Shown here: one piece after another, positions 26,140-40,700 of the stretch | Layout of the letters: each line of letters starts with the position of its first letter | How positions within the stretch are numbered: position 1 is the first letter of the stretch | Assembly (NCBI RefSeq): GCF_018977255.1 | Contig: NW_024704743.1 | Location: forward strand, 75,580,001-75,644,000 | From: Callorhinchus milii | Taxonomy: Eukaryota | DNA length: 64,000 nucleotides | Direction of reading: 5' to 3' | The notes under the pieces: model-generated | What the model saw: the letters and a program-made list of their open reading frames with translations, nothing else | Told to the model about the DNA's origin: nothing | The model's database searches: none | Position numbers and translations under genes: made by a program

Positions 26140-27830
26140 GGACTCGCTCTCCTAGACATTATCCTGCGTGATCACCGACCACCCCCCCCACCTCAATACC
26201 TTCTCCATCACCCACTCCTTCCGCCACAGCTCCTACTACAGCCCCCACCCAACACTCCATTGGCCCCATCTCTCCTTCCTCCCTCTCAACCATCATCACC
26301 AATATGAAGGCCATCAACTGCTGTCTTGACCCCCCACACACCCAGCTGCAGGTCACCCAAATACCCCTCCTCTGCCTCCTGCTGGTTGACACAGTCAACT
26401 CGTCACTCTCCTCAGGCTTTGTCTCACTCCTTCTCCAAACCGCTCTCATCACTCCCCTCCACAAAACAAACACCCTCGATCCCTCGAACCTTGCAAACTA
26501 ACCGCCCATTTCCAGCTTGCCTTTGCTTGCTAAACTTCGGGAACGCATTGTTGCAACTCAACTTCACTCATACCTCTCCCTCCACTCCCTACTCGAGCCC
26601 CCGCAGTCCAGTTTCTGCCACAGCACAGAGACAGCGCTCGTCAAAGTCACAAATGACGTCTCTCTCTGTGACCAGGGCTCCGTCTGCCTCCTTGTCCCCC
26701 TGGACATCTCCACTGCATTCCACAGTCGATCATGCCATTCTCCTCCACCACTTCTCCTCCCTCATCCATCTCAGTGGGACTCTACTCACCTGGTTCAAGT
26801 CCTACTTACCTAACAACCATCATTTCGCTCTGCAAAGGCTTTTGCCTCTCGTCCTTGCACAGTCACCTCTGGCATATCCCAAAACTCCATCCTCGAGCCT
26901 CTCCTTTTCCTCATCTACATACTCCTTCTCGGCGATGTCATCCACAGACACGGAGTAAATTTACACATGTATGTGGATGACGCACAAATCTACTTCTCCT
27001 CATCCAGCTGCAACTCCAGGTCCTCTGATGTTCTGTCAGTTTTTTTGTTGGACATCAAGGACTGGATGAGCGCAAACTTCCTGCAGCTGAATATCGACAA
27101 GACGGAAGCCATACTCCTGGGCTCCCATCAATGTCTTCTCTCCTGCAGCTCTGACCTCCTCAAACTCTCAGCCTTTCCATAAAACATAGTAAACCTTTAC
27201 GTAGCCTAGGCATTAGTTTCAATCTCCAGTAGTCCTTCCTACCCCACATCTGGTCCCTGACCAAGATCGCTTTCCTTCACCTCATTGCTTGCCTTAGACT
27301 GTACCTCATTCCCAATGCGGCTGAAACGCTTGTTCAACCTTTTACGCCCTCCCGTCTTGACAATTCCAATATCCTCCAACCACAAAATCCAACAAATTCA
27401 GAACTTCGCCGCCCGGATTCTCACCTCGACAGGATCCACTAGCTCCTTATGACAGAACGTATCGACTTCAAGATCCTCACATTCGTCTACAAATCCTTTC
27501 TTGCCCTGGCACCTCCCAACCTTTTTTCTCCCCACTCCACCACCTGCTGCCTCTGCTCGGCTGGTTCCACCCTCCTGCTTGTCATTCGTTCTCTCTGCTC
27601 CACCATTGGTGGCTGTGCTTTTAGCCACCGCGCCCCAACACTTTAGAAGTCTCTCCCTCAATCCCTCCCCCTTGCCTCCTCTTTCACCTTTTTTAGATCA
27701 TGCGTTAAGACCTTCCTCTTTGATCGTGCTTACGGTCATTTCTCCCTCCTCTTGGCTTGGCGTCAAGCTCCAGCTCTATTTAGCACTCCAAGACACTGAA
27801 GGGCGCTATATAAATGTAAGCTGTTGTGGT
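26140..27830 (+). mobile_element. L2 LINE fragment, degenerate
   Basis: HSTETALVKVTND, YVDDAQIY and ERIDFKIL motifs; L2 tail. Confidence 0.92.
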
Positions 27831-27980
27831 TTTTATAGGATTCAATAAAAAACAAACAGGCTTTTGTAAAATTAAATGCATCTCCTCTATCTTAGCACAC
27901 AAACAATAACTAATTGTTCATACATTGTTTTTAAAAAAAATACAATTCATCTCTGCAACTGTAAGAATCTATGTGCTTAC

Positions 27981-28044
27981 CTAGTGCAGTAGAACAGGAG
28001 GTGCAGCTCTTTAAGGAGAAGTGACACAGCTATAGAGTTTTATA
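27981..28044 (-). promoter_or_regulatory. Candidate ITPRID1 core promoter and short non-coding first exon
   Basis: Minus-strand TATAAAA at 28044-28038, then AG|gtaagc donor at 27981/27980, in non-repeat DNA. The ATG exon has an acceptor, so an upstream exon must exist. Confidence 0.3.
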
Positions 28045-29283
28045 AGGTCTTGTTGCATCTTCATTGAGCCCGGCTGTACTCTGCTGATTTGCAACTTGAA
28101 AGGAACTCATTGAAAAAAACATATTCCTGCTCCTTCCAAACCTGACGTAGTTCATGGAATCCTATTGGGTGTTTTTGTGACTAGACAAATTAACATACAA
28201 GGAAAGCAAACCTGGTTGTAAAGGAGCGTGTCACCAATCAAAAATATTTGCAAAACTTTTTCCCAGCTGTCAATATACACCCAGCATGAATAGCATTACC
28301 AGCAACTTGGCAACTGCAGTCACATCACTGAGTATGTCTCTGATAAAAGCTTAACTTTTTTTATGCATTTAGTAATAATAATCCTTACATTTGATTTACA
28401 TCAGGAGGATTTCCCAAAATGCTTCACGGGAGATACTCTAAAGTGTCATGACTGTATGTTTTGTGAGCAAACACGGCAGATATTTTACCACACTGCGATG
28501 ACCCACAAACAGCCTGAAACTGAATGAGAATTTTATTTGGGAAATTGTTGGGCAGGATACTGCGAGAAACTCCATTCTCTTTTTTAAATAGTGCCACAGG
28601 ATCTTTAACAGGGTGCCTGTTTAAAACTGGATACAATATTTCAGCTTCAGACAAACTAATGTCTTGTATAGGTGAACATTACAACAACAACAACAAAATT
28701 ACATTTATAGAGCGCATTTCACGTCGGGAGGACCTCCCAATTCAAATTCAATTCTAATTCAAAGGCCACATGTATATAATATATTTTTTTCCTATTATGA
28801 ATATTACAGTCGAGGTCATGTCTGGACCTAAGGTATGCAGAGAATCAAGTTTAACTGTGACATCTACCTTAGTAGCACAGCCAGCCAACACGAGCTAGGG
28901 TTCAATTGGTCACTTCAATCCATGACTGTTTGTGGGACACTGCTGTGCGCAATTGGCTGCCGCGTTTCACCCACAAAATATACAGTCAATTCAATTTACA
29001 GTATATTCTGTGAAGTGCTTTGAGACGTCTAGAAGATGTGAAAAGCGCTATATCAAATACAAGGATTATTATTATGCTAACCAGCACCAACAGGGACGAT
29101 GTCAACAAATTATTATTTCACTCTGTGAAGATTTAGCAGAAAGTTTGCTACTTTTAAATCTCAGTGTACATTAAACTTCCAGTGTCTAATCTCACGGATG
29201 AAGGATTAGCCTCCAGATGAGGGCAGCCAGTCTCTGCCTGACCACACCCCTTCCTGAGCCAGTGCCTTTAGGTGAGGAGGGAA

Positions 29284-30010
29284 AACAACAACAACAAATT
29301 ACACTTGTATAACGCCCTTCACGTCGGAAACACATCCCTGGGCACTGGACAATCAGCGATTTTGGACTCAAGTTGGAAGTTGGGATGAGGAGGGGTGTAG
29401 GGCAGGGGAGGTGGGGGTGGGATGGTGGCCAAAGGCATGGTCAAAGAGGAAGGTCTTCAGATGGGATTTGAAAGAGGCAAGAGAGGGTGTGAGGTGGAGA
29501 GATTGTGGGATAGAGTTCCAGAGTGTGGGGGCGGAGGTGCTGAATGCCCGACCGCCAATGGGGGGGCGGGAACTACGGAGGACTTGGAGCAGGCCAGGCA
29601 GAAGGAGCAGACAGGCTGATATCAGGTTAGGAGGTCGCAGAGGTAGGGGGGGAGCAAGACCAGGGAGGGCTTTTAAAGTGAGAACGAGGGTTATGTACTC
29701 GATTCTCTGCAGGATGGGGAGCCAGTGGAGCTGAGCAGGGATGGGGTGATCAGTTCGTGGAGCCTGGTGTGGGAGAGGACATGAGTTGCAGAGTTCTGAA
29801 TAATCTGCAGCTTGTGGATGTAAGAGTTGGGAAGTCCAGTAGGCAGGCAGTTGGTGTAGTTAAGCTGGGACGTGATGAAAGCGTGGATTAGGGTCTCGGC
29901 GGCCTGTGGTGAAAGGCAGTGGTAGAGACAGGTAATGTTGTGGAGGTGGGGAAATGCAGAACAGATCATGGTACAAATGTGGGGTTTGAAAGATAGCTGA
30001 GGGTCAAACC
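29284..30010 (-). mobile_element. L2 LINE 3' fragment
   Basis: AETLIHAFITSQL and LQIIQNSA motifs; (AAC)n tail on the plus strand at the left end. Confidence 0.9.
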
Positions 30011-32459
30011 CACTTCAAAAGTTAATCCAAACATTTTGTGAGCATTAATGAGATTTTAAGTAGTTAATTGATTCAGCCTTTATGGATCACTTAAAATAAA
30101 TGACCCAGAATTTTGGATAAGGGATCAGTTTCCGTGTGTAAACTGAGCGATTGCTAAGCAACTTTTTTATCTGTGGTGAGGCCTTGTGGAAAATAACAAG
30201 AGTATTAAAGAGTTTATTCCCATTAGGAAACTCTTACCCTATGTTCAGTAAATTTCCATCAGCGAGAAGATAACTCCCAAGCTTTTTCATTTCACTCCTC
30301 TTTACTTTGAACACCATGGATACCTGGAATCCTATGAACAATAATTGCAAACTGATAGGAATCATACTGTGAATGACTAACAATCCTCTTTAATGTCATT
30401 CAAATAGGATCTTTTTCACAAATCTTATGACTTATCTCTACATCCATATGTTTCGATTCTACTGAAGTTAATCTTTCCATCTGCAGTGCATTTGCTCATT
30501 ATTTTGCATTGTAAAGCACCACTGTTTCATTAACTCCTTTAAGGTTAATGTTTAAGGGTGGAAGGGTGGGGGTGGAAATTGTGTTCTTAGATTATACAAC
30601 GAAGACCCAATGATCCAGTGAAAGAAAATGTGTGTGTCGCATATTTTAAGATTGTGAGAATTGTGGAGAATATTTTCATATTCTTCTTAATTTGGAAGCC
30701 GTTTTTTTTTAAGAACTGCAAAAAATCCCAGCAATACACTTATTAAAATAATGTAGGAATGTATTGTATGTTGTGTGATCATGGACGTTAAGAGAAAGTG
30801 GCCTTAAAATTAAGAACTCTGTGGAAATTCAGATATCTGGAGTACAAAATAAACTATGTGAAACAATCCAAGAGTATTACATACACCATACACTGTAATG
30901 TATTACATACATTACAGCTTATGGTGGTTCTAATAACAAGTAATAGATTGCTTGCCAGTCAGTCTTTGTTGTCTCAAAATTAGGGTGGAGTTCACAGTGG
31001 CAAGCTGTACAGTTTTAGCTGGGTAAACTCCAACAGCACTCCAACACACATTCTGGGCTCCCCAAGTCTCTCGGCAACCTCCAACTTAATATTTTTTTGA
31101 ATTAGGTAAAGCAGTCTGCGTCCTTCTGGGGAGAGAGCACATTCCATTCCAGACAAGGAAATTTCCATGTGTAGGAGGCATAGTTATGTATCAAAGTGAA
31201 ACTCAGTCTGGTTTGTATACTCTTAAACACGGTGATGTGTTTCTGCATGTTTTAGCTATCTGGTTGACCCAAACTCTTTTCTGGAAGAATAAAATCAGAT
31301 GTAACTCTTTTGTGCTCTTGTGATGGTGTGACGAAAGCGGACAGAATCTAATATAGTTATGTATCCAGTCAGTATTTATGATCATTTCCTAATTTTAACT
31401 GGATTTAAAACATTTTACTTTCGCAGACCTCTCCACTCTGCACATCGGACAAGCAGCAGACATTGAAACCTGGTTTTATGAGTTCCTGTTATGTAATCGT
31501 CAAAATTACATGCAATTCTTTCCAAGCAAAACAAAAGGTGAAGTAACCGCCCTATTAATGAGATTGACAAATGTTAGCGAAAAATGAACAGAGTTTCAAA
31601 AGTCCCACACAAAGCAAGATCACAAGAAAGGTACAGGAATCCTGTCTGGTTTTCCCCTCCGTAACCCTGGTAAGGCTAGGATCAATGTAATAATAATAAT
31701 CCTTGCATTTGATATAGTGCTTTTCACGTCTTCTAAACGTCTCAAAGCGCGTCACAGAATATTTGTGGGTGAAACGCGGCAGCCAATTGTGCACAGTAGT
31801 GTCCCACAAACAGTCATGGAATGAAGTGATCAATTTTACTATTGTTTTTTTTTCTTGAGGGATTATTATCATTTGATTTTTTACATTGAAGAAGAAAATA
31901 GGCATAATTATCAGGTGATAAAAATCACAACAGCTCCTTATGAAATGATTGAAACACTGGCAGTACGGAAGAAACAGATTTATATGCTCGCATCGGGCCA
32001 GCAGAAATCATAGGCAAATGTAAGGCTACAGGGTCCTCTGCTGGTGCAATAGCAACACGTTACAGTAAATTTCTACACTAAACCAACAGAACCAGGCATT
32101 TTTGTTTAGTAAAACATAGAATGTTGGAACTCCACAGCATGTAAAACAGATAGACAGGCTCATCTTTTGAGCATGATCCTTATTCAAAAATTGGCAGCCT
32201 TTTCCATATGAGGAAAGCCAGCAGATGGCAAAGAAAATTAGGAAGATTTTTTTTATAAAAGTATCAAACATATACTAAGAACTGCACACCAAAGCACGAA
32301 TTTCCAGGTGAAACTAAAATCTAACTGTCAGGGCCACAGTATTGCATGGTATAACTAATATTTTTTNATAGTTTATCATGTTGAACTGTCTCAAAGCACT
32401 TGAGAGTAATTTAATGTCAAATGTCGTTACTGTCAAGTAATGTGGTTATTTCTTACCTG

Positions 32460-32758
32460 CCATGTCCCCCGCCTGGCCTGCCCCACCATTGGCAATCAGG
32501 CCTTCAGCTTTTCTACCCCCACCCTTTGGAACTCCATCCCTTCACCTCATCCACTCCCTTGCCTCCTTCAAGGCCTGTCTCAAAACCCTCCTCTTCGACT
32601 GCACCTTCGGCCACCCTCCTACTCCTACCCCCTTCCCCCCCTGGCCTCAACCCCTCCTGATCCCAACCCCCTACTCGAGTCCAAATCCCTGATTGTCCAG
32701 CATCTTGGGACATCCTCCCGATGTGAAAGATCTGATACAAATACAATTTGTTGTTGTT
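32460..32758 (+). mobile_element. L2 LINE 3' end
   Basis: G.QAFS...P.LWNS.P and FKACLKTLLF motifs; (GTT)n tail. Confidence 0.85.
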
Positions 32759-32834
32759 AAGACTTTCAAAGCATCAGTTTTACAAAGGTTCCACTAGCAT
32801 CTGTGAAATGATTGACGATTATTCTGAAGGAGAA

Positions 32835-33550
32835 ACAAAACAACTTGCACTAATATAGCGCCCTCCACGCAGGGTAGGGTCTCAGAGCACTTAACAGTGG
32901 AGGTGGGTGGGTGGGGAGGTGACCGTAAGTATGTTTGAAAAGGAAGGTTTTCAGGTGGGACTTAATAAAGGGTAGAGTGGCCAAGGGGGAGGGATTGAGG
33001 GAGACTGTTCCAGAGTTTTGGGGCGTAGTGGCTGAATACGCGACCTCCAATGGTAGAGCGGAGGGCGCGAGGGACAAGCAGGAGGTAGTGCTAGTTGAGC
33101 GGAGGCGCCAGGTGGTGGATTGGGCAGTGACACGGTCGGAGAAATAGGGAGGTGCCAGGGAGTTAAAGAGTTTGAACACAAGCATGAGGATCATGTAGTC
33201 GATCTGTTCAGTGATGGAGAGTCAGTGGAGCCTGGCCAGAACTGGTGAGATGTGGGTATGCAGTTTGGTCCGGGTAAGTATGCGGGCAGCAGAGTTCTGA
33301 ATGAGCTGGATTTTTTGAATAGTGGAGCTGGGGAGATCCACAAGGAGTGCGTTTGAGTAATCTAAGCGGGCGGTGACAAACGCATGCACGAGGGTTTCGG
33401 CTGCATTTGGGGTAAAGTACAGCTGGAGGCGGGCAATGTGGCCGAGGTGGAGGAAGGCGGTCATGGTCAGGGACCGGATGTGGGGAAGGAAGGTCAACTG
33501 GGGATCAAACCAGACTCTTAGATTGCACACTGGTTTGATGAGTCTGAGGA
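32835..33550 (-). mobile_element. L2 LINE 3' fragment
   Basis: [20 protein letters not shown] and [10 protein letters not shown] motifs. Confidence 0.9.
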
Positions 33551-34214
33551 ATACTGAGAGAAACGCCTTTCTCTTTTTTCAAAGCATGGTATGAACATCT
33601 AGATGGAATCTGAATGTTTCATCCTAGAAAGATTGTCATCTCTGATAATATAGCACTACCTGAGAACAACAACACCAAAAAACTATGATACAGCTTCCCT
33701 TCATGCGTCTTACAGTACTGAACAATATTTGTGAGGTCGGATGTTGAATTAAGGATGAAAGTAATTTGCTGTGACATTGCTTGCCTGAACAATCTGCCCA
33801 GGATGGGGTAGTCTTCACTGGATTGTGAGCCGAGACTTTCAAAATGAACCCAGAATCTTCTGAAATGTAAAAGAATGAAGTTCTTATACAATTCTCTAGA
33901 ACAGAGAAGATTAAGAGGAGAGGTCTTCCAAATACTAGAAGGAACTGGGTAGATAAATGGTGAGAGATTATAAAAACAAGGGAAAGGCCAAGGAATTAGG
34001 ATTTGAATGGATGAGCTAGCACCAGTTTAAACTCAATGGCTTCCTCGTTGCTGTAGTTCAGTAATTCTAAAACATTTACAATGGGTGGGGTGGAGGGGGG
34101 GTGGGGGGTATGGGATGTATTAATTATCACAAGAACTTTTCTTTGTAACGGGCATGGGACTGAAATCATTTTTAGTTGATTTCTGGAAAATGGTTTCTCC
34201 CTCAGACTTCTCAA

Positions 34215-34770
34215 CAATTACATATGTATAGCACCTTTCACGTCAGGAGGACATCCCAAGTCAGGGATCCACACCTGAACTGGTGAGGGCAGGGAGGGTA
34301 GGGATAGGAAGGTGACTGAAGGCACGGTTGAAGAGGAGGGTCTTGAGACAGGTCTTGGAGGAGGCAAGGGAGTGGGAAAGGTGGAGAGACTGTGGGATGG
34401 AGTTCCAGAGGGTGGGGGCAGATAGGTTGAAAGCCCAGCCCTTAATTGTGGAGCGGGCAAGGTGGGGGACATAAAGCAGGCAGAGGGAGCGAGCGGGATG
34501 ATAGGGGATTAAGCGGTCATAGAAGTAGAAAGGAGCAAGGCCGTAGAGGGCTTTGAAGGTGAGGACCAGGATGTTGAATTGTATCCTCGGAGTGATGGGA
34601 AGCCAGTGGAGTTGGGCGAGTATGGGGCTGATAGGTTCGCGGAGGCTGGTGCAGAAGAGGACACGGGCTGCAGAGTTCTGCAGCGTGTGGAGGGAAGAGT
34701 TGGGGAGGCCGACAAGCAGGGAGTTTGTGTAGTCGAACCTGGATGTGATAGATGCATGGATGAGGGTTTC
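34215..34770 (-). mobile_element. L2 LINE 3' fragment
   Basis: Similar to the other L2 3' ends, including the tail stem-loop. Confidence 0.85.
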
Positions 34771-37700
34771 AGAACTGAATTGGCTTCAAGCTTGCTTTAA
34801 ACTTAACTGTGGATTTTAATTTTGGATCCCTGCTAACAGAACTTATTTTCAAACCAAGAAAGTTGTGACACCGTGGTTTCTTGGTTACAGTCAAATTTGT
34901 CTCAACACCCTCGGTTCAATACCTCCAGTGGCTTCTCTTCTGATCTTCTCATGGTTACCTGTGATGTACCCCATGCCTCTGACTTCAATCTTTTCATACC
35001 TCCTATCTATGTTTTCTCTGGAATTGCATGTGTGAAGCCAGCTTCCACGTACCTGCTGATAACTCCCAGCTCTACCTTATCATGTCTACACTCAATTCCA
35101 TAAACAATATAAACTATTTTCTGCAAGATATCAGTCTAATCTTTGACAAACTTTAACTTCTTTCAGCAGAACATCACCAAACTGAAAACAAAAAATTGCA
35201 GGGCTATGGGGAAAGAATGGGGGAGTGTTTCTAACTGGATAGCGCATTCAAAGAGCCGGCACAGGCACCATGGGCTGAATGGACTCCTTTTGTGCTGAAA
35301 GATTCTATGATTCTGTTCTATGAAGTCAACCTATTCTGGTTCTTGCCAGCACCTTCTTGTCACTGGCTTTAACTACCAACCTCCCTCGGTCACTCCAGTC
35401 AACTGGTCCAGTAATGAAGTGGAGGAAGTAAGCGGAGGAATTGGAGCTAGTTGCTTCAGTCCACTGAGCCAATGTTTAAAATCCTACCTCTGAAATCCTC
35501 ATCTATTTCTCTAATACTTTGAGACTAAACTTCTCCAATAGTCTTCTTATCAGCCTCCCTCGCTCCATTGTCCACAAACTGCAACTCATCTAAATCTCTG
35601 TATGTCATATTGTATCCTATTCCAGGCTGTGTACAGTCTCAACCCCATCCCTAAACTCTAACGCTAACCCCAGATTGTCATCCTGTCCTTCATATTCCTT
35701 CACAGTCTCACCATTCCCTACATATACCACCTCTAACAGCCCTAGTGTCATGCTTATGCACTCCACTCCTCCAATTCTAGTCTACTGTATGTATCTTACT
35801 TCCTCTGCTCCACATCATCCGTGGCCGAGCCTTCAGACACTATGCTCCTGCTTTCTAAATCTCTTCCCCAAGTCTCTTTGCCTTGTTCCTTCTGACATCA
35901 AAACCCATTTAATAATGTACCTTTTTGTCAGTACCATTTGTAGCGCCCTCTTTTCTGTCCTCTCTGCTCGGTGATCTTTCATTTCTGTGAAGCTCTACAG
36001 GCATTCATCCTACGTGAAAGGCACTATTAAATACAAGCTGTTGTGGTTAAGTGTTTAAAAGGAAAATCAGAACTGAAATAATATATTCTACAGTCTCAGC
36101 TACAAACTGTTCAACAAGTGGGCACAGAAACAAAGGTTCAAACAGGGAAGATTATTTTAGACTGAAAATATGTGGACTGGACTCTCCAGAGAAGTGAATG
36201 AGCCAGATTATGTCAGTAAATTCAAGAGGAATTTGGATTGCTAATTAGTGAATGAGGGTATGAGGAGCAGAGTGGTGTAGGATTTTACTTTATTTTGTAA
36301 CTGGACAGATGCTACATTTCTATATTTTTAATAACTGAATAATAATCAAAGATATATTGATTGTGAAACAATGTTGTACTGCCATAATCAGTGAACATAA
36401 ATAGATTGTGTTGTAAATTAACTGATAGTTGAGAAAATAAGTGCAGTATAAACATAAAATTGATCATTCGCTTTACGTCTGTGTGCAAATTGGCTTCTGT
36501 GTTTGGCTACAAATGCACAGTCACTACAGGTCGCAGAAAAATCTTGTGAAACGCTTTGAGATGTTTCAACAATGTGATAATGTGCTATATTGAATGTAAT
36601 GATTGTATTATTATTAAGTACGAGGAAAGATATTAACATACTGTCTGATTTTCTTTCCAAATAGTTCACCCCCAAAGGATTTATTTTCCTTCTCTTCACT
36701 GTTGCTGTGGTTGAATAAAAGTTAAAATGTCCCTGAAACTCTGAGGCAGCATTACCAAGTGATCAGACAGGGTGCTACAGGATGTCTTTGCTGTTGCTGC
36801 ATTTACATGTGTGGCACAATTCTCACACAAAATCAGTTCTTCACCTTCCCCTTTTGCATACTGCTCTATTAAGAACTCTTCCAGTGGCAGCAGTGGCTCA
36901 AAGCGAATGGTCTTCAATAACTCTTGTTATGAAATACATATTTATATCGAAGGCACGAAGTGGCCTTCATTATTTTCCATCAAGTTCATTGTATGGCCAG
37001 ATGGCTGAGAATAGGAAAGAAAACTGATACATCCTTCAACATAGGGAAACTTTTACCTTTAATTGTTGGCTTTGCTCCAAAAATAATAATTTTCAATAGT
37101 AATTGAGGATCAATGAAAATAAACACAGGTCCTAATAAGGCATTTTCTTTCTCCTCTCCAAACAGAACTTGATTTGAATGTAAATCACTGCAGGACATTT
37201 AGGGATGTAAAATGTTTATTTATATAACTGGAGGAGGAATAGTATTTGGTGGGTGTGAAATATATGGGCTCAGTTCCTTTCACTGAAAGAGCCTTGGGAC
37301 ATCCTTCCGACGTGAAAGGCACTTTATAAATGCAATTTGTTGTTGTTGTTTGTCCCTTTGTGGTGGACAACTCAACTCTCATACTGAGTACTCACAGGCA
37401 AGCACTGAATCCCTTCTCTTTAATGTAATAATCATCCATGCATTGCAATGCAATGAACTCCAACAATGAACTGCCTCACAGCAAATTGCTAACTGACTGT
37501 GCATTTGTAGGCAAACAATTTGCACACAGCCAGGTATCTGACACATGTGGGAAACTACCACCATGCTTAAGAGTATCTAAACCAGACTGAGAGTTCCATT
37601 TATGTATACAAACTTCATTTGGGAATTTCTCAGTGTCTTGAATGGAATTCAAACCATCTCCCCAGAGGGATACATTCTGGTTAACTAATTTCAGAGGGTA

Positions 37701-40700
37701 TTAAGCAGTTACAGACCACATCTCGTTACAGGCTATGTACAGTTACATTGTACCTGCTGTGCGCAATTGGCTGCCACGTTTCACCCACAAAATATACAGT
37801 CAATTCACTTTATAGTATATTCTGCGAAGCACTTTGAGACGCCTCGATGACGTGATAAGGCACTATATCAAATGCAAGGATTATTATCATTATTATTATT
37901 ATGTCAGTTACAGGACATGAACAGTTATAAGTATGTCGAGTTACAAATCATAGAATGACATCACACAGAAAACTGGCATTGGCTTCAGCCTAAATAGGCT
38001 GCATATTCTCCAGAATTGACCATCTGGCCTGGCTACCGAAATCATAGGCAAGCATAACCTTTGGCTTTATTGTCTTTTTACAACTGCCTACAAGATGGTT
38101 GCTACTAGTAGTGCCAGGGTGCAGTATGGGGGTCCATCTGCCAATTAGCCCGGTGGACACCAGTGAAACTTTGAACAGTCACACAAACTGAATCAATAGA
38201 AAGTGGGTCAAAGTTGATGGCTCCTAAAAGTATTCATGCTGAATAAATGCCCTAAATGCGAGTTGTATTGTCTGCTTAGTGAGTGTACACTGATGGGGTT
38301 TTGTAACTTGGTGGGCACATTGACTCACACACTTACTGCAGAATTTACTAGAGATAACAAATATCTATTGCCCATTTTGACCCTCAGGTCACAATCTTCT
38401 GGCTATGTTCTATTAACACCACAACATGTACCAAGACAGTAGAGGTGAAATTCTGACTAGGACAAAACAGAGGAAAAAGCATAAATTCTGAAGACAACAA
38501 TGGAGTGAAATGAATGGCATTAAAAAGCACAGCTGAAAGCTCACAAGTCCAATGCAACATACTTACATAAACACTCAATGCTTCATTGTAATAAATTAAT
38601 ACCAAACACTAGCATCAGACTCCTTGCAGCCTTCAATCCGGGTGTATGGCCGATTGATGTTCAGAAATAAGTGCTTTCTATCGCTTATTTTGCATTTACA
38701 AGTGCTCTTAATCCGTGCATGTTCTTTCCTTTGTGTGATACCTATGACAACACTCCAGGGTATAATTCGAAAAACATCAAAGCTTCCTAGCATTTTATAT
38801 TTCTTCTTTTAAAAGAGTAGTCAATTTCATCATCAAATACAATAAATGCAATAAGCTAATACCTACAACTTTAGCATCCATATGCATTTGTCCCTTCATT
38901 GCCCATTTTGTGTTACTCTGCTTACACTTTTTTTCGGAGTGCAGTGGCCCAAGTCTGTAAGATTTTGTGAAGTTTGCTTGCATTTCAGGAGATATATGTA
39001 ATGGTTCAGCACCTGGAGAGTCATTATCACCGAGTAGCTAAAGAATCAATGAACTTGAATACAAATGGTGCCTGGGTCATGGCTTTGATCTTTCTCCAGG
39101 ATTCTACTTGCAGAATCCCAAATTACGACATGAGAAGGGTTAATCCTGGCTGCTGATTGTGGCACAGTTGACAAATACAGTCAATGAAGCCAGTCATTAA
39201 GTAGAGAGAGGCCATCTGCCACAGGTTTGACATTGTTTCTCCCCACTCCTCAACTGTTGCAGTGGTTGAGCCTGAAGCTGCTGCAGTGGCAGCCATTTGA
39301 CAGTGGATTAGAACTAATTGTCATCATTAAGAATTATTGCATTGTTGATGAATGTGGTACAAGAGGTCGTTCAATTGCTAATGCTCGGCTGCAGTTATGA
39401 CTTCTCTTCTCCCTGACTCCATCACAGGAGTGGGGACCTGAACCACGTAACTCAAAGTTAAGACAGTATCCTGATCTACAGGCCACCTTTTCTCAAGAAA
39501 GTTATCCTTATCTTGGTTCAGTTCATAGCATCCTTGCCTTTTTTCTTTGGTCAGTCAGGTGTCTGATACATGCAGAAACCCATCACCATGCTTAAGGGTA
39601 TCCAAACCAAATAGAACTGTATACATCCCACCTATACATAGATAGATATGTAGAAAGGAGTAAACTTCAGGGGTATGGAAAAAGCAGATAATGGGACTGA
39701 AAGGATTGTTGTTTAAAAGACCCAGGGCAGATACGATGGGTTGAATTGCGTTCTTCCAAACTGTAAATTTATGTTGTTCTAAGGCTCTATGGATCAGAAA
39801 GTTGTGTATTCAAGCTCCAAATCAGCTGCATTGAGCTCACAATATAGGTTGGCATTCTAACACAGAGTTGAAAGAGCTGTCCTTTCGCTGAGGTTCCATC
39901 TGCCTTTTCAAGTGGATATGAAAGATCTCACAATATTTTTCAAAAATAGAAGGCAGTTTCTCCCAGTGTGCTGGAGAACAATTCTCCAGATAAATTAGGC
40001 ACGCATCTCCTGGCTGTATGTGGGAGATTGTTGTGTGTAAATTGGCAGATGAATTTGCCTACAAAACCTGTAACAGTATGTAACAGTAACTACTGTGAAG
40101 CCCTTTGAAACATTGACTTTATATGCACTAGATCAAATGCAAGGATTATTATTTTATTTACTTTGTGATTGAATAATCGTTGAGTTTGATTTAGTTGCAC
40201 ATAATGTCAAAACAAGTGTTTCACAAATTTTCCGTAAAGTGTAGTGATTGTGCATTTGTAGGTGAACACAGCATTCGATTTGGATGCACAACATCTCACA
40301 AAAAGCATGAAGTGAATGGCTTTTTGTGGGATATTGCTGGAGGATTGATGGCCAGGTCACCAGAAGAAACTCCCTTCTGTTTTCGAGTAGTGCCATTGTA
40401 TCTTTAAGTTCTATCTGAACAAATAGATCGGACTTCAGTTTAATACCTTATTTGAAGAATGGCATCTCTCAGGCCATTCAGCCTATTCAGCAGTGCTTCC
40501 TCAGCACTAAGCTGGAGAGTCATCCTAGACTGTGAGCCCAAAGTTATGATGTGGGGCTTGAATCCATCACCTCTGAAGCAGAGGTGTGCTTTGGTGTGCA
40601 GACATCTATTGTATTAAGGTAGTTCCAGCACCTTCAGTTATCGATCTTTTTGAAAACCATTAGGACAGTGTTGAAATCAGTATTAATGGTGTCAACGATA

